A stretch of DNA of 64,000 bases from a virus. Below are positions 57,795-64,000 of the stretch, in pieces (position 1 is the first letter of the stretch; each line of letters opens with the position of its first letter). The translations under genes were made by a program, and so were the position numbers. Where the stretch lies: positions 91,703 to 155,702 of IMG/VR virus record IMGVR_UViG_3300021505_000001; one strand, given 5' to 3'. A model generated the notes under the pieces. The model was not told the DNA's origin, ran no database searches, and saw only the letters and a program-made list of their open reading frames with translations.

Positions 57795-58280
57795 TTATCC
57801 TATAAAATCTTCCACATCACTACGTCTCTGTTGTTTCAGATAAAAAAGGCATTTTTCTATAAAAGTAATAGCATCTTTTTCGTCCCAACCATTTTTTTCT
57901 AATCTACCTTTGGTATCCATAAGAGATAAATAAATCACATCAGAAGATATAAATTGTCTACCAAGAGAAGCAAGAAAATGTTGCATAACAGATGGAATTT
58001 CTACATCATCCACATTATTTTGTGGTATACGATTTTTTAATGGTTTATAATACCATGAATTCAAAGAAGCACAACATCCCTCACCAGCATATAATTCTTT
58101 TCGATAACTACGCCCAACTTCTCCAGGAAGCAACATTAACTTACATATATGTCTCTTACCATTCCATTCAAGAAACGGACATACATCAGCAGTAGGATAT
58201 AATCTAACTGAAGCTACACAACGAGACTTAAGGCAACAATATCCACAGCCAATACAAGGTTTAATATTTGAATCTTCCAT
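57795..58280 (-). CDS. Cys-cluster (CxxCxxCC) metal-binding protein
   Basis: CIGCGYCCLKSRC...CPFL...C...GCC. Confidence 0.65.
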   Translation of the reverse strand: MEDSNIKPCIGCGYCCLKSRCVASVRLYPTADVCPFLEWNGKRHICKLMLLPGEVGRSYRKELYAGEGCCASLNSWYYKPLKNRIPQNNVDDVEIPSVMQHFLASLGRQFISSDVIYLSLMDTKGRLEKNGWDEKDAITFIEKCLFYLKQQRRSDVEDFIG

Positions 58281-58306
58281 TATGACTTTAATTACCTCTC
58301 TAACTA

Positions 58307-58474
58307 TTATATATCTTCATCTATATATTCCTCAAATACCAAACAACATCCACATACAGGACATTCTTCTATTTCATACCAAATTTCTTCTCCACATTCA
58401 GGACAAATACCTATTGATTCTGGTGGATTAAGATTATATTCTGGAAGCCTTCTACCAAAAGAATAGTTTTCCAT
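58307..58474 (-). CDS. Small zinc-ribbon protein (55 aa, not in ORF track)
   Basis: MENYSFGRRLPEYNLNPPESIGICPECGEEIWYEIEECPVCG...; AAGGGA SD. Confidence 0.6.
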   Translation of the reverse strand: MENYSFGRRLPEYNLNPPESIGICPECGEEIWYEIEECPVCGCCLVFEEYIDEDI

Positions 58475-58518
58475 TTCAATATCCCTTTATGTTTTTAGCT
58501 ATCAAATATAGGATTTTA

Positions 58519-58779
58519 TTATTTCCAACGAAGATTATCAACATATTCTTTAGCTTCTTTCAATGATGCCCCTTTTTCAGAACGAACAACTTTGATAGCT
58601 TCTACAAAACCTTTATCTTTTAGAATTTTTTCTACCTCACATTCAAATGGGTCTTTAGAAAATCTAATAGCATCATATACTATTTTTGGATGCTTTGTAG
58701 CTATTTCAACAACTAATGCCTTCCAATCCAAATCCTGTGTTAACAATGGTATAAGTTTCTTATAAAAATTACTTGACAT
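58519..58779 (-). CDS. Protein with ribosomal L7/L12 C-terminal-like domain (start revised to ATG 58779)
   Basis: VEAIKVVRSEKGASLKEAKEYVD resembles L7/L12 CTD (IKxVRxxTGLGLKEAKxxVE). AGGGAG SD. Confidence 0.7.
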   Translation of the reverse strand: MSSNFYKKLIPLLTQDLDWKALVVEIATKHPKIVYDAIRFSKDPFECEVEKILKDKGFVEAIKVVRSEKGASLKEAKEYVDNLRWK

Positions 58780-58805
58780 CTTTAATAACTCCCTTTTTTT
58801 CAATA

Positions 58806-58834
58806 AATATATACTATATATTAAAGTATGTCAA
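58806..58834 (-). promoter_or_regulatory. Putative early sigma70 promoter
   Basis: TTGACA-17 nt-TATATT. Confidence 0.7.
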
Positions 58835-58843
58835 GAAAAAAAA

Positions 58844-59509
58844 TTATTTTTCGTAAATTTTAGCATAAGGCAATACTTCCTTAAACATAGCACTTACGAT
58901 TCGCCATGAACCTCCAGCAAGTCCACAACCAATTTTTGGTGAACGTATCTCAACTTCATAGTCACCATAAAATTGGCTTGTAAAATCCCTTACAAGAGAC
59001 AAACAACTATAAATAGCTTCATAAGAAACCTTGCGAGAATCTACACCATAGTAGTATTGTGTATAACAATTTACTATATACAGATTATCCTTTACTTTTA
59101 CAGGGACAATATTCCCTAGTTTGGTTGCATTCCCAATTTCTGTACTGTTATCTGCATCAACAATTTGTGGGAATTTACTTGATAGATATTTAGCTATCCC
59201 TAATTTCATTTTATTAAAACAATTACATCCATGCAAAATGAAAGTAACTGTGTTCTTATCAGTAGAAATATCAGATAGAATATCAGCTTTAATTACAGAC
59301 ATCTCATTCCATCGTGAGTTCCAAATAGAGATTGTACGTCTTTTAACCTCTTCAGGTGGTATTCCTTTTCCATAAACACCTGTAGTAAAACCAATTCCAC
59401 AACCATCACATGTAATTTTAGGCACACGCCATCCATCTACTTCTATTATTTTATCTGAATAAAGAATCTTCTTACTTCCACAAAAAGGGCACTCTTTAAA
59501 AATTGTCAT
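58844..59509 (-). CDS. Lar-like zinc finger fused to macrodomain (T4 Tk.4-like ADP-ribose-processing domain)
   Basis: CPFCG...CDGCG...WNSR, then HGCNCFNKMKLGIA, NCYTQ, PKIGCGLAGGSW. Confidence 0.8.
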   Translation of the reverse strand: MTIFKECPFCGSKKILYSDKIIEVDGWRVPKITCDGCGIGFTTGVYGKGIPPEEVKRRTISIWNSRWNEMSVIKADILSDISTDKNTVTFILHGCNCFNKMKLGIAKYLSSKFPQIVDADNSTEIGNATKLGNIVPVKVKDNLYIVNCYTQYYYGVDSRKVSYEAIYSCLSLVRDFTSQFYGDYEVEIRSPKIGCGLAGGSWRIVSAMFKEVLPYAKIYEK

Positions 59510-59684
59510 CTTTTACCTCCTCTCCTTCAAAATAAGGGCATTCTTTTCTTGATATTTCCCATGTACAAAATTTTGAAAGGTGACATCCTTCTTCTTCACA
59601 TAAAGGTTGCATTTTATTACAATATCGACAAATGCAATCTTTGTTTTTACACTTAGCACAAGACAAATAAATTGATTTTTTCAT
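59496..59684 (-). CDS. Small Cys-rich protein
   Basis: 62 aa with about 10 Cys; its 3' end carries the SD of the next gene. Confidence 0.55.
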   Translation of the reverse strand: MKKSIYLSCAKCKNKDCICRYCNKMQPLCEEEGCHLSKFCTWEISRKECPYFEGEEVKDDNF

Positions 59685-59712
59685 TTTATATTACCATAGA
59701 ATCCATCTTCCT

Positions 59713-59958
59713 TTATTTTGGTTCAGTTAGTTTAATGAAAATACCACCCATAACAAAAAGGAATAAAACTATGGGAAAAATGGCTTCTGGATTTTCAATC
59801 AAAAATTTTATTCCTTCCATAAGAAAACCAAGACCAAGTAAACCAAACATTATATATATAATTATATTTTCATCAAAGGATTGTTTTTCTTTTGAACTTG
59901 CAACCAAAGAACCACCAAGTACAAATATCAAGAATATAACTACTACCAAAAAAGTCAT
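59713..59958 (-). CDS. Small membrane protein (3 TM)
   Basis: 81 aa, hydrophobic, AGGAGG SD. Confidence 0.65.
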   Translation of the reverse strand: MTFLVVVIFLIFVLGGSLVASSKEKQSFDENIIIYIMFGLLGLGFLMEGIKFLIENPEAIFPIVLFLFVMGGIFIKLTEPK

Positions 59959-59961
59959 AAT

Positions 59962-60378
59962 TTACCTCCTATCATAAAATTTGTTTAATATTGTACTTAT
60001 AACTCTGCTATTCGGTATGTACATTCGGTAGAAAGCATCTATTTCTTCCTTCATTCCACCTATAATGTAACATATACCTATAGCAACTCCACTACTACGA
60101 CTTATACCTCCATCACATTGACAGATAAAAAGTTTTACAGAATCTTTCCACTTATTAACAAAATCAATAATTTCTAAAGCTTGTTCTTCGGTTATAGGAA
60201 ACATTCCTTCTACAGCACTATTAATATCATCAAATTTTAACCTAAGAACATCCCTTCTATTTTTATTATAGGGTAGATTAGGAAACTCTCCATTAGTACT
60301 AGTTATTGATATAACAACAAAAGCTTCCTTTGGTTCAATAAGTTTTACCAGTTCTCTATTAGTTACTATTATTTTCAT
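59962..60378 (-). CDS. Cys-based (PTP/dual-specificity-like) phosphatase
   Basis: CX5R loop QCDGGISRS; VISI, LKFDD and PN motifs. Confidence 0.8.
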   Translation of the reverse strand: MKIIVTNRELVKLIEPKEAFVVISITSTNGEFPNLPYNKNRRDVLRLKFDDINSAVEGMFPITEEQALEIIDFVNKWKDSVKLFICQCDGGISRSSGVAIGICYIIGGMKEEIDAFYRMYIPNSRVISTILNKFYDRR

Positions 60379-60580
60379 CTTTCTTACTATACCTTATATA
60401 TGTTTCAACAAAATAATTTGTTTCCTCGGCAACAGTATTTATAAATTCTGCTACCATACAAGACCTACACAAACCATAACAGCTAATTTAAAAATTTTTT
60501 AATTATTTCTATCAAATCTTTTTCCCATACATATAAACTTCTTTCTTTAATTATACCACGTAAAAACACTCTTATAAAAT

Positions 60581-60609
60581 AAAAAGGCAGGATGTTTTTC
60601 CTGCCTTTT
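60581..60609 (-). terminator. Intrinsic terminator after NAMPT
   Basis: aaaaggcagga-tgtttt-tcctgcctttt. Confidence 0.85.
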
Positions 60610-60630
60610 AACTTTTGTTGTATTTAAAAA

Positions 60631-62994
60631 TTAATCCCAACTACGTTTTCTTATGGTTTCAAAATCATCTTTAATAAATATGTCCCCATTTTTAAAAACT
60701 GTATTCAAAAGTGGTTTCCAATCAAATGGCACTACATTTCTTTTATCTGTAGTTACATATTTACCTTCTGTTGTTTTATATAATGTAAGTAAACCTTTTT
60801 TACTAGCCTTCCATGGAGCATCTTTTGGACATTTAAAAACATCATACCATCCATTATTTCCATATATGGCACTACATTTCATAGCAAATTTATAAGTATC
60901 TCGATTTACTTGTTGTAAAAGACCTCCACCCATACCAAATGATATATTATCTACACTAAAATTTTCTGCTACAACAGCCTCCAGTATTTCATCAACAACA
61001 TCAGGATTGGATATTCCATCACCCTGAATAACTTTAACATAATTAATAACATTATAACCTTTACTATTTGATTGATACCCAAAACTATTTGCTAACATTT
61101 TAAGGGCACGAACAACCACTTCTTTTGGTTCTCCACTGTCTGGACGAATAACTACAGTTGCCCCGCTATTAATTACTTTCTGCTTTAACTCCTTACCCCA
61201 TATATTACTAATAGCATTATCCAAATCATAACTATCACTTACACAGGCAACAACTGTACCAGGTTTAGCAAACTCATCAAGTAAGCTTTCATATGCTTCT
61301 CTTTCTCGTTCTTTGCCCCAAGCTGTAATTGTACTATGTTCAGAATTACCACATACAACCACACAATCATTTCGTCTGACAACTAACATTCCACTGGGAA
61401 CAGTAATACAATAAATATTTCCTTTATAATCATATGTTTCAGCTATAAACTTATATCTTTTATATCTGCACTTACTGTTATATGTAAAACTAACTGTAAA
61501 CAGATTTTTACGATTATCTCTTTTATCCTTATAAAGATGTGTGCTTACAAAATAACCACATAGAGTACCTATAGCGGAAACAATATCTACTACCTTACGA
61601 TTTACTGTAGAAAAACTTATAGTTTGTTTCCCTGCTATCTTACCATCCCAATACTGTAATTCCTTAATAAAATGACGCCCCCATTCAAATGTTAATTTAC
61701 TAATATCTACCCATTCAAAATTTTTATCTATAGGTATATTTACTGGCCATTTAACATAAAAATGAGTTTGTCCTTTTTGAGTACCATTTGTTATTAAAGT
61801 TTGTGTATAATCCAAACCTGCTTCTTTCAATAATTTGCACAATCTATCTATTTTACGTTGCTTTTTAAATTTAAAACGTATTCCTTTACAACCACTTCTA
61901 CTACCATCACGCTTATCATCATCTGCAAAGAAAGACCCATCAGCCTGAAAAGCAACTCTTATAGCATCAATAGGTGTAAACTCATTACTGCCATTTTTAA
62001 TAAAACCACAATGTTTAAAAAACAAATTCCTATCATAATTTGTATCATCTGCATAAGTTACACATATCTTATTTTCATTATTAAAACGTATCATTCTATG
62101 ATTAGGTGTAACACAGATATCCAATCTTTTAGGAACACTGCTATTAAATCTATACATTTTACCATCATAGAATTCTGATACTTTATTTGTGTAATTAACA
62201 AATTCAATACTACCATCTTTATTATATTGAGCTACCTTTAAATTATCATCAAGTTCATCAAATCTTTTCCAGCCCTTTTCAGTTAAAATTTCAGTCTTTT
62301 CATCATAACATGCAGGCAGACTATATGCAGGCATTTCCTTTTTGTTTTTTTGGTCATAGTATTTCCATACACCTACAATGGCAGCTGTAGTATCAGTACC
62401 CATAAAGTTTACCAAATGAGATAAACCACCAATCATAGCACTCTGATAACTACTTACACCTCTAAAACCAAAATCATGTAATTTAAATGGGAGACCTTCA
62501 AGAGTATCACATGTTTTTTCCATCCATTTTTTTATAACTTGTTTTATTTCCCAACTTCTTGTTGCTACAGTAGTTGGATACCACATTTGTAATATTTGAG
62601 TTTCCATCCAACCAGGAAGCCAATAAAAATCAGGTTCCGTATTTTTAATAGTCATAATTACATTCTGAGTGGGAATTATTGTCCCTTCTGGAACAGCTTC
62701 TATTTCCATTGGATAATAACCCAAATCAACTATCTTCTTCCAACCATCATAGTTAAAAATACCTTTACCAACATGAATATCCCAAAAGTATTTTGCTTCC
62801 TCTACTTCTTCTATTGTTGGAAGTCTCAACAAAGCTTCTTCTATAATAGGCTTATATATAGGAAGAATATGCTTATTTTTACTTCTACTTTCTATATAGT
62901 AGAATGTCCCTTTTGTATCTGGTGGGAATTGTTTATAATGAGTACTTTTATAGCTATCTGTAGCTATTGCCGGATTGTAAGCTAATTGGAGCAT
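60631..62994 (-). CDS. nadV: Nicotinamide phosphoribosyltransferase, intein-containing
   Basis: TDSYK, LHDFGFRG, HLVNFMGTDT, PA|intein|SEHS, VSDSYD, IRPDSG, IQGDGI, FGMGGGLLQ, KSKKG-like ASKKG. Confidence 0.93.
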   Translation of the reverse strand: MLQLAYNPAIATDSYKSTHYKQFPPDTKGTFYYIESRSKNKHILPIYKPIIEEALLRLPTIEEVEEAKYFWDIHVGKGIFNYDGWKKIVDLGYYPMEIEAVPEGTIIPTQNVIMTIKNTEPDFYWLPGWMETQILQMWYPTTVATRSWEIKQVIKKWMEKTCDTLEGLPFKLHDFGFRGVSSYQSAMIGGLSHLVNFMGTDTTAAIVGVWKYYDQKNKKEMPAYSLPACYDEKTEILTEKGWKRFDELDDNLKVAQYNKDGSIEFVNYTNKVSEFYDGKMYRFNSSVPKRLDICVTPNHRMIRFNNENKICVTYADDTNYDRNLFFKHCGFIKNGSNEFTPIDAIRVAFQADGSFFADDDKRDGSRSGCKGIRFKFKKQRKIDRLCKLLKEAGLDYTQTLITNGTQKGQTHFYVKWPVNIPIDKNFEWVDISKLTFEWGRHFIKELQYWDGKIAGKQTISFSTVNRKVVDIVSAIGTLCGYFVSTHLYKDKRDNRKNLFTVSFTYNSKCRYKRYKFIAETYDYKGNIYCITVPSGMLVVRRNDCVVVCGNSEHSTITAWGKEREREAYESLLDEFAKPGTVVACVSDSYDLDNAISNIWGKELKQKVINSGATVVIRPDSGEPKEVVVRALKMLANSFGYQSNSKGYNVINYVKVIQGDGISNPDVVDEILEAVVAENFSVDNISFGMGGGLLQQVNRDTYKFAMKCSAIYGNNGWYDVFKCPKDAPWKASKKGLLTLYKTTEGKYVTTDKRNVVPFDWKPLLNTVFKNGDIFIKDDFETIRKRSWD
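61345..62310 (-). mobile_element. Intein (322 aa) with LAGLIDADG-type homing endonuclease
   Basis: Begins CYDEKTEILTEKGW; block B VTPNHRM; AFQADGS and LQYWDG motifs; ends IYCITVPSG...VCGN followed by Ser+1. Confidence 0.9.
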
Positions 62995-63010
62995 CTCAAA
63001 ACCTCCTTAA

Positions 63011-63901
63011 TTAATTTGGATTCCTTGTTTTGTTAATAATATCTAAAACAAGATGTCTATGTTCTTCAACAATATCATTCTTAATATCAATATTATTGAC
63101 ATTAAACCATTTTAATTCATAAATATCATCACCCGGTTCAGGTCTCCCACAAAACTTTGTGGTAGCAAAAAGTGTTGTTGTTATTTTATGAATACATTTT
63201 TTATAACGCCAACAATCAACAAAGTAACTTCCTATATATTTAAGATCGGTAATTTCAAGGGATGTTTCCTCTCGAACTTCCCTTCGTGCTGTGGTCTCCC
63301 AATTATCACCCGGTTTAACAAATCCACCGATCAAACGATAACCATTCTCTTCTTTTTTACGTCCAAGAAGTATTTCAGTATAATTATCATTAAAAATACC
63401 CACATCAACAGTTGGAATAGCTTTCGGAAACTGATTTTTAGAATGCCATATAGCTCCTATTCTAAATTCTTCAGTACCCTTAACTTTACTGGCTATTTTT
63501 TCTCTAATTTTTGTTCCAGAAATAAATATTTTCTGTTCAAAAATTTCAACTGGATACTTACCAAAATAATGATTTGCAAAACTATCTCTACTTCCATAAA
63601 GAATAGCTTCTTGTTCTGGAGCAGTCAAATCTTTGATCATTTCATCTAAATGAGTACTCCATACTTTATCATCATGTGTATCTTTTATATAAAGAACAGT
63701 TATATCAGGATATTCAGCCAACAACATCTGTTTTCTTGCCTCAAAATCAAGTGGATTAGGGTCCTCACACTTGATTGGAGACAATCCAAGAAAAATAATC
63801 ACTTTATCATGTTGAGAAATCACATGATCTATAAGTTGTTTATGTCCTTCATGGAGTTTTGGAACTTGAAATCTACCAACAATTATTCCTACTGGTTTCA
63901 T
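63011..63901 (-). CDS. nadM: Bifunctional NMN adenylyltransferase / Nudix hydrolase (NadM-Nudix, NatV-like)
   Basis: GRFQ..LHEGH, NPL..EAR, SGT.IR; Nudix box GGFVKPGDNWETTARREVREETSL. Confidence 0.92.
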   Translation of the reverse strand: MKPVGIIVGRFQVPKLHEGHKQLIDHVISQHDKVIIFLGLSPIKCEDPNPLDFEARKQMLLAEYPDITVLYIKDTHDDKVWSTHLDEMIKDLTAPEQEAILYGSRDSFANHYFGKYPVEIFEQKIFISGTKIREKIASKVKGTEEFRIGAIWHSKNQFPKAIPTVDVGIFNDNYTEILLGRKKEENGYRLIGGFVKPGDNWETTARREVREETSLEITDLKYIGSYFVDCWRYKKCIHKITTTLFATTKFCGRPEPGDDIYELKWFNVNNIDIKNDIVEEHRHLVLDIINKTRNPN

Positions 63902-63956
63902 AATGACCTCCTTTAAGTATCAATAAACCTATTAAGTCAAATAAATGCTTACAAAA

Positions 63957-64000
63957 TAACTATTAACTATTAACTATTAACTATTAACTATTAACTATTA
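63957..64000. repeat. Perfect heptamer tandem repeat (TAACTAT)n, truncated by the window end
   Basis: At least 6 consecutive copies up to position 64000. Confidence 0.9.

Noticed and set aside
1082-63916. Numerous short antisense or out-of-frame ORFs (e.g. 5522-5914, 31574-31843, 45059-45421, 62596-62985, 63188-63649)
   Set aside because: They overlap well-supported genes, lack SDs and have antisense-shadow composition.
1-64000. Stop-codon reassignment, tRNA/rRNA genes, DGR or retron
   Set aside because: Conserved genes are full length in the standard code. No tRNA cloverleaf, reverse transcriptase or TR/VR pair was recognised by eye; tRNAscan-SE would be the definitive check.

Overview
A 64-kb, strongly AT-rich segment of a large tailed dsDNA bacteriophage, read in the standard genetic code. 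No tRNA, rRNA or CRISPR array was seen. Sigma70-type promoters and SD sites indicate a bacterial host. About 1-45 kb is a strand-scrambled virion module with T4-like head genes: gp20-like portal, gp21-like protease fused to a scaffold, short gp23-like capsid protein and gp17-like terminase. It also has a 1769-aa tape measure, a ClpP-type protease, an 1800-aa Kelch-repeat protein, fibre-like repeat proteins and two Hef-like homing endonucleases. About 45-64 kb is accessory and host-takeover genes: RlmN-like radical SAM, Thg1, two amidoligases, DNA methylase, L7/L12-like protein, Lar-macrodomain fusion, phosphatase, intein-containing NAMPT and NMNAT-Nudix. Most notable observations: (1) a holin-like / membrane protein / CheY-like receiver cassette behind a leader with a mini-ORF and mutually exclusive RNA pairings, a candidate signal-controlled lysis switch; (2) a recurrent phage-specific late-promoter motif TAAAACATT, including two identical palindromic sites; (3) nested in-frame starts in the protease-scaffold gene; (4) RBS-sequestering architectures before both homing endonucleases; (5) a shared RTYY motif in three portal-adjacent proteins; (6) apparently late-expressed amidoligase paralogues; (7) an intein in an NAD-salvage enzyme. 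All functional calls come from motif recognition by eye; no database searches were run.
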